The translations under genes were made by a program, and so were the position numbers. 64,000 nt of DNA from Steroidobacteraceae bacterium (lineage in GTDB: Bacteria; Pseudomonadota; Gammaproteobacteria; Steroidobacterales; Steroidobacteraceae). Numbering within the stretch: the stretch's first letter is position 1; every line of letters begins with the position of its first letter. The notes below the pieces were generated by a model. The model was not told the DNA's origin and searched no databases. It saw nothing but the letters and a program-made list of their open reading frames with translations. Where the stretch lies: positions 196,300 to 260,299 of the forward strand of contig JBBAPM010000001.1 in NCBI GenBank assembly GCA_040400835.1, in the 5' to 3' direction. Below, in pieces: positions 52,503 through 64,000 of the stretch.

Positions 52503-53369
52503 CTAGGCGGCGGTACGCGCCGGGTCGCCCGGCCACGACACCGGATCGAGCGCGAACGACACCCGCAGCAGGTCGTAGAGCGCGGGATGCCGCGCCTTCA
52601 GTTGATGCGGCAGCGAGAAGAACATCTCGGCCGACACGGCCAGGAACTCCGTGAGGTCCTCCGCGCCGTAGGGGTCGAGCAGCGTCTCCTCGCCGCGGTC
52701 CACCGCATCGCAGAGCTCGGCGTGCGCCGCCTCCAGCGCCTTGTGCGCCGCCGGATCGCCGCCGGGACGGGTCTGGTCCAGGAAATGCGTGAACTCGTGG
52801 ATGACGACGTTGTAGCCGTCGTCGCGGTGCTCCGCCTCCTCGACGTCGCGCCACGAGAGCACGATGCGTTCGCCGTCCACCGACTGCCCGGACAGCGTCC
52901 GCCAGCCCTCGGTGACGACGCCGGTCTCCTCGTCCTCGTCCGCCTCTTCGACGACGAACTCGTCCGGATGCAGCGTGACCCCATGCAGGGCCTCGAAGCC
53001 GGCCTCATCGCCGCCGAGGGTGACGAGGCAGGCCTGCGCGGCGATCACGGTGCGCATGTCCTCGGTGACCGTGAAACCGCCCGCACCGATGAACGGCACG
53101 CGGGCGAGGAACTCCTCGATCCGCGGCAGCAGCCTGTCCTGCAGTCCGGGTGGCAGCGCGCGCCAGAGGCTCACCCGGGCCTGCAGCAGCACGCGTCGGT
53201 CGCGGGGCAGGGTAGGGTCGCCCTGCACCCCTGAGCGGCTCGCTGAGGCCGTCCCGTGCGCAACGGGGGCACCGTCGGTGCCCGATCGACGCTTGCGCCC
53301 CCACGCGCGGCCGCGCAGCAGCCACACCACGAGCAGGACCAACGCCGCCAGCAACAGGATGCGGCCCAC
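52503..53369 (-). CDS. M90 (MtfA-like) zinc metallopeptidase with N-terminal membrane anchor
   Basis: ORF 52503..53687 trimmed to the GTG at 53369 with SD GGAG 5 nt upstream, 14 nt after the valS stop. It has the N-terminal hydrophobic stretch GRILLLAALVLLVVWLL, the HExxH motif VVIHEFTHFLD, and a downstream EFLAVSAEMFF. Confidence 0.72.
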   Translation of the reverse strand: MGRILLLAALVLLVVWLLRGRAWGRKRRSGTDGAPVAHGTASASRSGVQGDPTLPRDRRVLLQARVSLWRALPPGLQDRLLPRIEEFLARVPFIGAGGFTVTEDMRTVIAAQACLVTLGGDEAGFEALHGVTLHPDEFVVEEADEDEETGVVTEGWRTLSGQSVDGERIVLSWRDVEEAEHRDDGYNVVIHEFTHFLDQTRPGGDPAAHKALEAAHAELCDAVDRGEETLLDPYGAEDLTEFLAVSAEMFFSLPHQLKARHPALYDLLRVSFALDPVSWPGDPARTAA

Positions 53370-53383
53370 GGTCGCTCCGGTGG

Positions 53384-56188
<2,805 letters not shown>

Positions 56189-56207
56189 GGTCGTCAGCGC
56201 CCTAGGG

Positions 56208-57698
56208 TCAGCGGCCGGCGCGGCGCAGCAGGAAATCGGTCAGCAGCGCGACGGGGCGGCCGGTGCTGCCCTTGCCGGCGCCGCCCACATAGGCGGACCC
56301 GGCGATGTCCATGTGCGCCCAACGCAGGCCCTTGGTGAAGCGGCCGAGGAAGGCGCCCGCCGTGATGGCGCCGCCGTCGCGCCCGGCGACGTTGGCGAGG
56401 TCGGCGAAGTTGCTCTTGAGCTGCTCGCCGTACTCCTCGGTGAGCGGCAGCTGCCAGGCGCGGTCGTCGGCGCGCAGGCCGGAGTCGACCAGTTCGCGGG
56501 CGAGCGCGTCGTCGTTGGCCATCACGCCGCTGTGGTGGATGCCGAGCGCGATGACGCAGGCGCCGGTGAGGGTCGCGAGGTCGACCACGGCCTGCGGCTT
56601 GTAGCGACGGGCGTAGTGCAGCGCATCGCAGAGGATCAGGCGGCCCTCGGCGTCGGTGTTCAGGATCTCGACGGTGAGGCCGGCGGCGCTGGTGACGATG
56701 TCCCCCGGCTTGATGGCGCGGCCGCTCGGCATGTTCTCGCAGGTGGGCACGAGGCCGACCACGTTGAGCGGCAGGTCGAGCGCGGCGACGACGGACATCG
56801 CGCCGAGCACGGCGGCGGCGCCCGACATGTCGAACTTCATCTCGTCCATCGCGCCGGGATCCTTGAGCGAGATGCCGCCGGTGTCGAAGGTGATGCCCTT
56901 GCCGACGAGCACGACGGGCGCGCGCGGGCCGCGCTTGGCCTTGTGCTCGATCACGATGAACTTGGGCGGCTGGTCGCTGCCCTGCGTGACGGCGAGGAAG
57001 CAGCCCATCTTCTCGGCGCGGATGTCGGCTTCTTCGAGGACGCGGACCCGCAGCGAGGGGTGGCGCGCGGCGAGGGCGCGGGCCTGCTCGGCGAGATAGG
57101 TCGGGGTGCAGACGTTGCCCGGGAGGTTCGCGAGGTCGCGCATCACGCGGGCGCCGGCGCCCGAGGCCTGACCGTGGACGACGCCGCGGCGGGCGGCGGC
57201 GGCGCGCGCCGGGCGCACCGGACCGAGGGCGATGCGCGCGAGGGCGGGCGCTGCAGGCTTCGCACCGGACTTGAGGTCGTTGACCCGGTATAGCGCGGCG
57301 TGGATGACCTCAGCGGCCGAACGACCGAAGAGGTAGTCGTCGAGCTCGCGGGCCTCGGGGCGGGTGAGGGCGATCGCGGCGCTCGCGCAGCGGGTGCGCG
57401 ACAGCGCGCCGACCGCGGCCACCAGTGCGCGGCGCCAGTTGCGGCGCGTGACGGCCGCGTTGCCCTGGCCGACCAGCAGGATGCGCGTGGCCTTGAGGCG
57501 CGGCGAGGCCGGCAGCAGCAGCGTCTCGGCGAGACGGCCCGGGAAGTCGCCGCGCTTGAGGAAACGGCTGATCGCGCCGCCCGCTCGCTTGTCGAGCGCC
57601 GCCGCCGCATCGCACAGCACACCGCCATCGTGCACGCCGACGACGAGGCAGTCGGCCTCGCGCTGCGAGAGGTTGCCGGTGAAGATGTCGATCTGCAT
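56208..57698 (-). CDS. pepA: leucyl aminopeptidase (M17)
   Basis: 496-aa [18 protein letters not shown]...[14 protein letters not shown]...HMDIAG. Confidence 0.95.
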   Translation of the reverse strand: MQIDIFTGNLSQREADCLVVGVHDGGVLCDAAAALDKRAGGAISRFLKRGDFPGRLAETLLLPASPRLKATRILLVGQGNAAVTRRNWRRALVAAVGALSRTRCASAAIALTRPEARELDDYLFGRSAAEVIHAALYRVNDLKSGAKPAAPALARIALGPVRPARAAAARRGVVHGQASGAGARVMRDLANLPGNVCTPTYLAEQARALAARHPSLRVRVLEEADIRAEKMGCFLAVTQGSDQPPKFIVIEHKAKRGPRAPVVLVGKGITFDTGGISLKDPGAMDEMKFDMSGAAAVLGAMSVVAALDLPLNVVGLVPTCENMPSGRAIKPGDIVTSAAGLTVEILNTDAEGRLILCDALHYARRYKPQAVVDLATLTGACVIALGIHHSGVMANDDALARELVDSGLRADDRAWQLPLTEEYGEQLKSNFADLANVAGRDGGAITAGAFLGRFTKGLRWAHMDIAGSAYVGGAGKGSTGRPVALLTDFLLRRAGR

Positions 57699-57732
57699 GG
57701 GAGCGCTCCGGAAAGGGGTATCAACGACCTGC

Positions 57733-57739
57733 TATTCTA
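57733..57739. promoter_or_regulatory. shared symmetric -10 element between pepA (minus) and lptFG (plus)
   Basis: The plus strand reads TATTCT (57733..57738) and the minus strand reads TAGAAT (57739..57734). Both downstream leaders carry an SD: GGAG for pepA and GAGG for lptF. Confidence 0.4.
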
Positions 57740-57775
57740 GCGTTTTTACGGGCGTCTTCACCGCGAGGTCGGACT

Positions 57776-58873
57776 TTGGCGCGGATCCTGTCCCGATACC
57801 TCTTGCGCGAGATCGTCTTCGCCTGGTTGGCGGTGACGACGGTGCTGCTCGTGGTGCTGCTGACGAACCAGCTGGCCTCGGTGCTGGCCCGGGCCGCGGA
57901 GGGCGGCTTCCCCCGCGAGGTCGTCCTGCATCTCGTCGGCCTCGGCACCGTCCGCAACCTCGCGGTGCTGCTGCCCGTGGGCCTGCTGCTCGGCGTCATG
58001 CTCGCGCTCGGCCGCCTCTACCACGACAGCGAGATGACCGCGGTGGTCGCCTGCGGCGTGTCGCCCTGGCGCATCTATGCGCCGATCGCGCTGCTCGCCC
58101 TGCTGGTCGCCGGGGGCGTCGCCTGGCTTTCGCTGCGGGCGCAGCCGGAAGCGGCGCGCGGGGTCCAGCGACTGCGCAGCGAGGCGCTGCGGGCCGGCGA
58201 GTTCGCGCCCATCGCGGCCGGCAAGTTCCGCAGCTTCGGCGGCGGTTCCGCGGTGTTCTACGCTCAGTCCGAGGGCGCCGACGGGACTCTGGAGAGGGTG
58301 TTCGTGAAGCGCGTGCGCGACGGTGTCTACGAGATCGCGCTCGCCGACCGCGCCCGCCACGAGATCTCGCCGGACGGCACGCTGCACACGATCACGCTGC
58401 TCGACGGCGAGCGTTACGAGGGACGTCCGGGGTCGGCCGAGTTCCGTCGCGTCCGCTTCCAGGAGAACGTCATCCCGGTACGGCTGCCGGATCCCGGATC
58501 CGGGCGCTTCGACATCGAGTCGGTGCCGACCGCGCAGCTCGCGACGCGTGGCGACCTCGAATCGCGCGCCGAGCTTGCGTGGCGCATCGGCCTGCCGGTG
58601 ATGGTGTTCGTGCTGGCGTTGCTCGCGGTGCCGATGGCACGGCTGCGACCGCGGCAAGGCCGTTACGCGCGGCTCTGGATCGCCATCGCGGTCTATTTCG
58701 TCTACTTCAGCCTCGCTTCGGCCACCCGGGTCTGGATCGAGCGCGGCACGGTGCCGGCCTGGGCGGGGCTCTGGTGGGTGCACGCGCTCGTCGTCCTCGC
58801 GACGCTCGCCGTGCTGTTCGGTCCAGCATACCTCTCGCGCTGGCGCCATCGCGAACGGCTGCTGCCCGCATGA
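57776..58873 (+). CDS. lptF: LPS export ABC transporter permease LptF
   Basis: 365-aa ORF. TTG start with GAGG 7 nt upstream. ARILSRYLLREIVFAWLAVTTVLLVVLL... It is divergent from pepA, as in E. coli. Confidence 0.9.
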   Translation: MARILSRYLLREIVFAWLAVTTVLLVVLLTNQLASVLARAAEGGFPREVVLHLVGLGTVRNLAVLLPVGLLLGVMLALGRLYHDSEMTAVVACGVSPWRIYAPIALLALLVAGGVAWLSLRAQPEAARGVQRLRSEALRAGEFAPIAAGKFRSFGGGSAVFYAQSEGADGTLERVFVKRVRDGVYEIALADRARHEISPDGTLHTITLLDGERYEGRPGSAEFRRVRFQENVIPVRLPDPGSGRFDIESVPTAQLATRGDLESRAELAWRIGLPVMVFVLALLAVPMARLRPRQGRYARLWIAIAVYFVYFSLASATRVWIERGTVPAWAGLWWVHALVVLATLAVLFGPAYLSRWRHRERLLPA

Positions 58874-59946
58874 ACCGCATCGACCGCTATGTGATGCGCG
58901 CCGTGCTCGGCGGGGTGCTGCTCGTGATGACCGTGCTGCTGAGCCTCGGTGCGCTGTTCCTGCTGCTCGGCCAGCAGGACGATATCGGCGTCGGCGACTA
59001 CACCGCGATGAAGGCGCTCGCGTTCGTCGGCCTGAACCTGCCGCAGCAGGCCTGGGAGCTGTTGCCCATCAGCGCCCTGATCGGCTCGTTGCTGGGGCTC
59101 GGCACGTTGGCGCGCGGCAGCGAGCTCACGGTGATGCGTGCCGCCGGCATGTCGGTGTGGCGCATCGCGCGCGGCGTCGCGTTCGCCGGCCTTCTCCTGG
59201 TCGTGCTGGGGGCGGCCCTCGGCGATTGGCTCGCGCCGCCGATGCAGCAGATGGCGCGCCAGCAGAAGGCGTTCGCCAAGTTCTCGAACGTGAGCTTCGC
59301 CGGGTCCGGCGACGCCTGGGTGCGCGACGGGTCCTTGATCGTCAACGTCGAACGCCAGACGGGCGACTCGCAGTTCGGCGGCATGATGGTCTACGAGATC
59401 GGTCCCGACAACCGCTTGCAGGCTTTGGGTCGCGCGGCGACGGCACGCGAGGACGGCGACGGCAGGAAGGGCTCCTGGCGGCTCGAGCAGTACGCCGAGA
59501 CCCGCTTCGAGGGCGACCGTGCGATCGCGACGCGCGCGCCGGGGCGCATTTTGGAGAGCAATGTCGGCGCAGCCTTCCTCGGCATCGCGGCGACCGCGCC
59601 CGGCCAGCTGCCGTCGGCCTCGCTCTGGCGGATGATCCGTCATCTCGAGTCGAACGGCCTCGACGCCCGCGAGCCGGTGTTCGCGTTCCACTCGCGCATC
59701 GCCCGTACGGTCGCAGCGGGGTTCGCGGTGCTGCTGGCGCTGCCGTTCGTGTTCGGTTCGCTGCGCGCAGCCGGCGCCGGCGCGCGCATCGGCGTGGGTC
59801 TCGTGCTCGGCATCCTGTTCTTCCTGTTGCAGCAGATGATCGAGAGCGGGGCGGTGGTGTACGGCGGGAACCCCGCCTTGCTCGCGTGGCTGCCCGCCGC
59901 GTTGATGGCCGTCGCGTCCATGGTGTTGATCGCGCGGACGCGCTGA
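58870..59946 (+). CDS. lptG: LPS export ABC transporter permease LptG
   Basis: This is the tail of ORF 57364..59946. The ATG at 58870 overlaps the lptF stop (ATGA). MNRIDRYVMRAVLGGVLLVMTVLLSL... The product is 358 aa. Confidence 0.9.
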   Translation: MNRIDRYVMRAVLGGVLLVMTVLLSLGALFLLLGQQDDIGVGDYTAMKALAFVGLNLPQQAWELLPISALIGSLLGLGTLARGSELTVMRAAGMSVWRIARGVAFAGLLLVVLGAALGDWLAPPMQQMARQQKAFAKFSNVSFAGSGDAWVRDGSLIVNVERQTGDSQFGGMMVYEIGPDNRLQALGRAATAREDGDGRKGSWRLEQYAETRFEGDRAIATRAPGRILESNVGAAFLGIAATAPGQLPSASLWRMIRHLESNGLDAREPVFAFHSRIARTVAAGFAVLLALPFVFGSLRAAGAGARIGVGLVLGILFFLLQQMIESGAVVYGGNPALLAWLPAALMAVASMVLIARTR

Positions 59947-59973
59947 GCGGCCGCGCCGGAGAGGTAGCGAAGG

Positions 59974-60459
59974 ATGTCCCAGGACCCCATGACCACCATG
60001 GTCAAGCGCACGACGCTGATCGTCAGGGATGTGGAGCGCTCGCGCGCCTTCTACCGTGATGTGCTCGGCATGCGCACCTGGTACGACGACCGCATCACGC
60101 TGTCCGGCGTCGGGCTCGCCGCCGGCCAGAAGGGCGACGAGACGCATCTCGTGATCATGGAGGCCTCCGACCCGGTGGTCGCCAAGATCGGCTTGCTGCA
60201 GTTCACTTCGCCGGCCCTGCCGCCGCCACCGCGCCGTGAACGGCTCGGCATCGGCGACATCGTGTTCGTGATGCAGGGCGACGATGCCGAGGGCGTGCAT
60301 CGACGGGCGGCGGACTTCGGCGCACGCGTGCACGCCGCGCCGCACCGCTACCAGGTGCGCGGTGCCGACGGCACGCAGATCGTGATGACCTCGGTCAGCC
60401 TCTGGGATCCGGACGACTATTTCATCGAATACAACCAACGGCACTCGGCAGGAGGTTGA
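59974..60459 (+). CDS. VOC (glyoxalase/bleomycin resistance/dioxygenase) family protein
   Basis: 161-aa ORF. TTLIVRDVERSRAFYRDVLGM and the C-terminal DPDDYFIEY are typical VOC beta-alpha-beta-beta-beta module edges. Confidence 0.7.
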   Translation: MSQDPMTTMVKRTTLIVRDVERSRAFYRDVLGMRTWYDDRITLSGVGLAAGQKGDETHLVIMEASDPVVAKIGLLQFTSPALPPPPRRERLGIGDIVFVMQGDDAEGVHRRAADFGARVHAAPHRYQVRGADGTQIVMTSVSLWDPDDYFIEYNQRHSAGG

Positions 60460-60461
60460 AG

Positions 60462-61160
60462 ATGGCGGAGCAGGGTGCGCGCAAGGTCTGGGACCTGCCG
60501 GTCCGGGTGATGCATTGGGGGCTCGTGCTCGCGGTGGGCGGCGCCTGGCTCACGCGTGAACTCGAAGGCGACTGGTTCGCCTGGCATGTGCGTTGCGGCT
60601 ATGCGGTGCTGCTGCTCGCCGCGACGCGCATCGTGTGGGGTTTCGTCGGCACCCGCCACGCCCGCTTCGCGGATTTCGTGCGCGGCCCGCGCGCCGTCCT
60701 GCGCTATCTCCGCGAGGGCGCCGGTGAGGACGGACGACGCATCGTCGGCCACAACCCGCTCGGCGCGCTGATGGTGCTCGCGATGTTGGCGATGCTGCTC
60801 GCGCAGGCGACCCTCGGGCTCTTCGCCAACGACAAGATCATGTCGACGGGTCCGCTGTTCGGCTATGTGACAGGGGAGACCAGCGACCGCCTGACGTCGC
60901 TGCATGAAAAGCTGTTCGATGTCATCGTCGCCGCGATCGTGGTGCATGTCGCGGCGGCTCTGTTCTACCTATGGGTGCGGCGCGAGAACCTGATCCTGCC
61001 GATGATCACCGGTCGCAAGCCGGGCGACCTGCTGCCGCCGGGCGCGTCGGACATCGGCTCGTCACGCAGGCTGCTGGCCGTCGGGATCGCCGCAGCGCTC
61101 GGCGCACTGCTCTGGTGGGTCGTGAAGAACGCCCCGGAGGCGTCGCTGTTCGCGTTCTGA
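60462..61160 (+). CDS. cytochrome b561 / Ni-Fe hydrogenase b-type cytochrome family membrane protein
   Basis: ORF 60456..61160. The ATG at 60462 is preceded by GGAGG with 6 nt spacing. VWDLPVRVMHWGLVLAV...GHNPLGALMVLAML...HEKLFDVIVAAIVVHVAAAL shows the conserved His ligands in TM helices. Confidence 0.78.
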   Translation: MAEQGARKVWDLPVRVMHWGLVLAVGGAWLTRELEGDWFAWHVRCGYAVLLLAATRIVWGFVGTRHARFADFVRGPRAVLRYLREGAGEDGRRIVGHNPLGALMVLAMLAMLLAQATLGLFANDKIMSTGPLFGYVTGETSDRLTSLHEKLFDVIVAAIVVHVAAALFYLWVRRENLILPMITGRKPGDLLPPGASDIGSSRRLLAVGIAAALGALLWWVVKNAPEASLFAF

Positions 61161-61184
61161 GCGTCGCGTCCAGCGGGAGCGGGA

Positions 61185-61874
61185 TCAGACGACGGAGGTC
61201 GAGATCTCGCCGAGCCCCTCGATGCCACAGGTGACGCCGTCGCCCGTGCGTACCGCGCCGACCCCGGCGGGTGTGCCGGTGTAGATGAGATCGCCCGGTC
61301 GCACCTCGAACAGGCGCGACAGCGCCGAGATGACCTCGGGCACCGACCAGATGAGCGTCGAGAGGTCGGCGTCCTGGCGCAGCGCGCCGTTCACCGCCAG
61401 CCAGATGCGGCCGCGCGCCGGATGACCGACCGCAGCGACCGGGTGCAGCGGCCCCAGCGTCGCGGAGCGGTCGAAACCTTTGGCGGCATCCCAAGGTTTG
61501 CCTTGGGATTTCGCTTCGGCCTGCAGGTCGCGCCGGGTCCAGTCGATGCCGATGCCATAGCCGAAGACGGTGTCCGCGGCCTCCGCCACCGGGATGTCGC
61601 GCCCGCCGCGCCCGAGCGCCACGACCAGCTCCACCTCGTGGTGGAAGTCGGCCGTAGCGGACGGGAAGGGCACCGCCGTGGTCTCCGGCAGCAGCGAGTC
61701 CGCCGGCTTGCCGAAGAAGAACGGCGGCTCGCGGTCCGGGTCGTAGCCCATCTCGCGGGCGTGCGCCGCATAGTTGCGGCCCACGCAATAGATACGCCGC
61801 ACCGGGAACAGCGCATCGCTGCCCGCGATGCGCGCGGTCACCGGGGGCGGCGGCTGGAAGGCATAGACCGTCAT
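61185..61874 (-). CDS. fumarylacetoacetate hydrolase (FAH) family protein
   Basis: ORF 61185..62606 trimmed to the ATG at 61874. RRIYCVGRNYAAHAREMG...FFFGKPADSL...HHEVELVVALG...GIDWTRRDLQ...KGFDRSATLGP...GDLIYTGTPAGVG. Confidence 0.88.
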   Translation of the reverse strand: MTVYAFQPPPPVTARIAGSDALFPVRRIYCVGRNYAAHAREMGYDPDREPPFFFGKPADSLLPETTAVPFPSATADFHHEVELVVALGRGGRDIPVAEAADTVFGYGIGIDWTRRDLQAEAKSQGKPWDAAKGFDRSATLGPLHPVAAVGHPARGRIWLAVNGALRQDADLSTLIWSVPEVISALSRLFEVRPGDLIYTGTPAGVGAVRTGDGVTCGIEGLGEISTSVV

Positions 61875-61882
61875 CCGCGAGG

Positions 61883-63928
61883 TCACTTCGACCCGAGTTC
61901 CTTCAGCAACGCCGGCGCGTCGTACACCGTGCGCAGCGCCTCGCGCATGAACGCCGGGTGCACCGACACCGCGCGGTTCTTCTCGGTGTCGAACCAGTAC
62001 GATCCCGAGATCGAGTGGATGTTGCCGTCGAAGATGAGGCCCACCACCTCGCCGCGGGCGTTGAGCAGCGGGCTGCCCGAGTTGCCGCCGATGATGTCGT
62101 TGTTGGAGGTGAGGTTGACGCGCGTCGTCATGTCGAGCTTGGCGCGCACGCGTTCCCAGGACGCGGGGATCTGGAACGGCGGCTGGCCCGTGGCACGCTC
62201 GAACGCGCGACCGATCTGCGTGTAGGGTTCGACGGGCGTACCGCGCTCCGTCCAGCCCTGCACGGTGCCGTAGTTCAGGCGCAGCGTGAAGGTCGCATCC
62301 GGGTAGACCTCCGTGCCGTAGACCTTGAAGCGGGCGCGGGCGATCTTCTCCTCGGCGGCCGCGATCGGCGCCTGTACCTCGTCGTCGTAGCGCTTGCGCA
62401 GCGCACGGGCAGGCGCGTCGACCTCGCGTGCGAGCTTGATCATCGGGTCGTCGGAGGCCGCGATCGCGGCGCTGCCGCCGTTCCAGAGCGCGAGGCGCAC
62501 CGCGGGGTCGGCGAGCTTCGTCCCATCGACGAGCTTGGCCGCCAGCGTGTCCGGCGAGTCCTTGGCGAGCAGTTGGCGCACGGTGGCGTGGTCGGGGCCG
62601 AGCCACTCGCGCATGCGCTCGAAGCCGAAGGACATCGTCAGACGCTCGACCTCCGGATAGACGGGCGTCGCCGCCCCGAGCTGCTGCTGCACGCGCGGCA
62701 GCTGCGCATCGGTGAACTCGCGCAGACGCTCGCCGTTCGGCTTCTCGCGCTCGGCCGCGCCGCGCACCAGCGTGCGCGCGATGCGGAACAGGCGGCTCTG
62801 GAAGCCGGCGCCGCCCTCGAGGTAGGCGTACTCGGTGCCGAAGTCGCGCGCGCGGACGGTCGCCTTCTCGATGTCGGCCCAGGGGTCGCCGATCCCGGCG
62901 AGCGAGGGGTCCTTGGCCACGCGGGCGCGCAGCTCGGCCTCATCGGCGCGCTTCTGCGCCATGAGCTTCTCGTCGAGCAGCGCATCGAGCTCCTTGCGGC
63001 GCACCTTGATGCCGTTCTCGAGGCCGAACAGCGTATCGGCGACGATGCGGCGCTCCGCGTCGCCCTTCTTCGAGAACTCGATGTAGCGGCCGCGCAGCTC
63101 GCTGCTGCGCAGCAGCCACTGCGGCAGGTCGTCGTTGCGCTGTGATTCCAGCTGCGCGACGGTGAGCAGGCGGTCGGTGGAGCCGGGGTGACCGGAGACC
63201 AGCACGAACTCGCCCGGCGCGGGGCCCTCGAAGTTGATGCGCAGCGGACGCGCCACCTTCACCGGCTTGCCGTTCTCGTAGGCGCGCAGCAGGCCCATGT
63301 CGAGGCACCAGCGCGGGAACTGGAAGTTGTCCGGGTCGCCGCCGAAGGCCGCGATGCCCGCCTCAGGCGCGAACACGAGGCGCACATCGGTGTAGCGGCG
63401 GTAGCGGTAGAGGAACTGCTGCCCGCCGTTGTAGAGCGCGACCGACTGGCACTTGAGGCCGGTGTCCTTCTCGCAGGCCTGCTCGAGCGCGGTGATCGTG
63501 CGCTTGCGGGTCTCGTTGGCGGCGCGCTCGTCGAGACCGCGGGTGGCGGCCTCGACCTTGGCGGTGACGTCCTCCATGCCGACGAGGACATCCGCCACCT
63601 GCGTGCGACAGGGGATCTCGTCCTTGCGGTCGCGGGCGACGAAGCCGTCGTCGAGCAGGCTCTTCTCCTTGGAAGAGTTCTCGGCGAGACAGCCCGTGAT
63701 GCAGTGGTGGTTGGTGAGGATCAGGCCGTCGGGCGACACGAAGGACGCCGAGCAGCCCGAGAGCCGCACCGAGGCCTCGCGCACGCGATCGAGCCAGGCG
63801 CTGTCGATGTCGACCCCGTACTGCTGCTTCACCTTCGCGGCGGGGAAGTTGTCGTAGGTCCACATGCCTTCGTCGGCATGGGCGGCGGTGGTGAGCAGCA
63901 AGGCGGCGAGGAGGGCGAGACGGCGCAT
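61883..63928 (-). CDS. S46 family dipeptidyl-peptidase (DPP7/DPP11-like), secreted
   Basis: 681-aa ORF with the signal peptide MRRLALLAALLLTTAAHA followed by DEGMW. It has the catalytic His in ILTNHHC and the catalytic Ser in GGNSGSPLLN. Confidence 0.88.
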   Translation of the reverse strand: MRRLALLAALLLTTAAHADEGMWTYDNFPAAKVKQQYGVDIDSAWLDRVREASVRLSGCSASFVSPDGLILTNHHCITGCLAENSSKEKSLLDDGFVARDRKDEIPCRTQVADVLVGMEDVTAKVEAATRGLDERAANETRKRTITALEQACEKDTGLKCQSVALYNGGQQFLYRYRRYTDVRLVFAPEAGIAAFGGDPDNFQFPRWCLDMGLLRAYENGKPVKVARPLRINFEGPAPGEFVLVSGHPGSTDRLLTVAQLESQRNDDLPQWLLRSSELRGRYIEFSKKGDAERRIVADTLFGLENGIKVRRKELDALLDEKLMAQKRADEAELRARVAKDPSLAGIGDPWADIEKATVRARDFGTEYAYLEGGAGFQSRLFRIARTLVRGAAEREKPNGERLREFTDAQLPRVQQQLGAATPVYPEVERLTMSFGFERMREWLGPDHATVRQLLAKDSPDTLAAKLVDGTKLADPAVRLALWNGGSAAIAASDDPMIKLAREVDAPARALRKRYDDEVQAPIAAAEEKIARARFKVYGTEVYPDATFTLRLNYGTVQGWTERGTPVEPYTQIGRAFERATGQPPFQIPASWERVRAKLDMTTRVNLTSNNDIIGGNSGSPLLNARGEVVGLIFDGNIHSISGSYWFDTEKNRAVSVHPAFMREALRTVYDAPALLKELGSK

Positions 63929-64000
63929 GGGACGCTCCGAGGGTCGTGGATCGATGCGCCAAGTCTAGTCGACGGCCGAGTTTCTGGCGACTTCGCGCAG

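Noticed and set aside
63965-64000. Open minus-strand frame at the right edge (…LREVARNSAVD, stop TAG at 63967..63965)
   Set aside because: Only 11 codons are visible. The GC3-rich codons are compatible with the 3' end of a gene lying outside the window, but this is too short to call.

Overview
The window is a very GC-rich (GC3-dominated codons, not computed), densely packed chromosomal segment with gammaproteobacterial core synteny: valS-pepA divergent from lptF-lptG, purM-purN, metG divergent from apbC-dcd, aceE-aceF-lpd, and proS, prfC, hda. I call 56 protein-coding genes. By my coordinates every intergenic gap is shorter than about 120 nt. I found no rRNA, tRNA, CRISPR array, transposase, integrase, prophage or recognisable defence genes. 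About half of the co-directional gene junctions are start/stop overlaps (ATGA, GTGA or TGATG), so most long ORFs on the opposite strand in the supplied track are GC-driven shadow frames. Content from left to right:
- A minus-strand string of GH36 alpha-galactosidase, GH42 beta-galactosidase, type I Baeyer-Villiger monooxygenase, SDR and alpha/beta hydrolase.
- A divergent SSS symporter-galT-galK operon.
- A CitE-like lyase, ALDH7-type dehydrogenase and saccharopine-dehydrogenase-family operon.
- A self-contained BchD-BchI / BchH-type chelatase module.
- A lipid A/LPS modification cluster: LpxL-like acyltransferase, GT2, LAB_N small membrane protein and ArnT-like GT.
- Mostly housekeeping genes for the rest of the window.

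I see no clear-cut novel system. The strongest candidate is the BchH/I/D chelatase module, which sits outside any tetrapyrrole-pathway context. Secondary observations are apparent leaderless divergent promoters (metG/apbC, possibly bchI), shared symmetric -10 boxes at three divergent gene pairs, an unresolved alpha-galactosidase start codon, a lone soluble RnfB-like ferredoxin between metG and nth, a PgsA-like gene coupled to hda, and an MFS transporter plus PlsC-like acyltransferase pair. All functional calls come from reading the translations and from motif memory. No database search was run.
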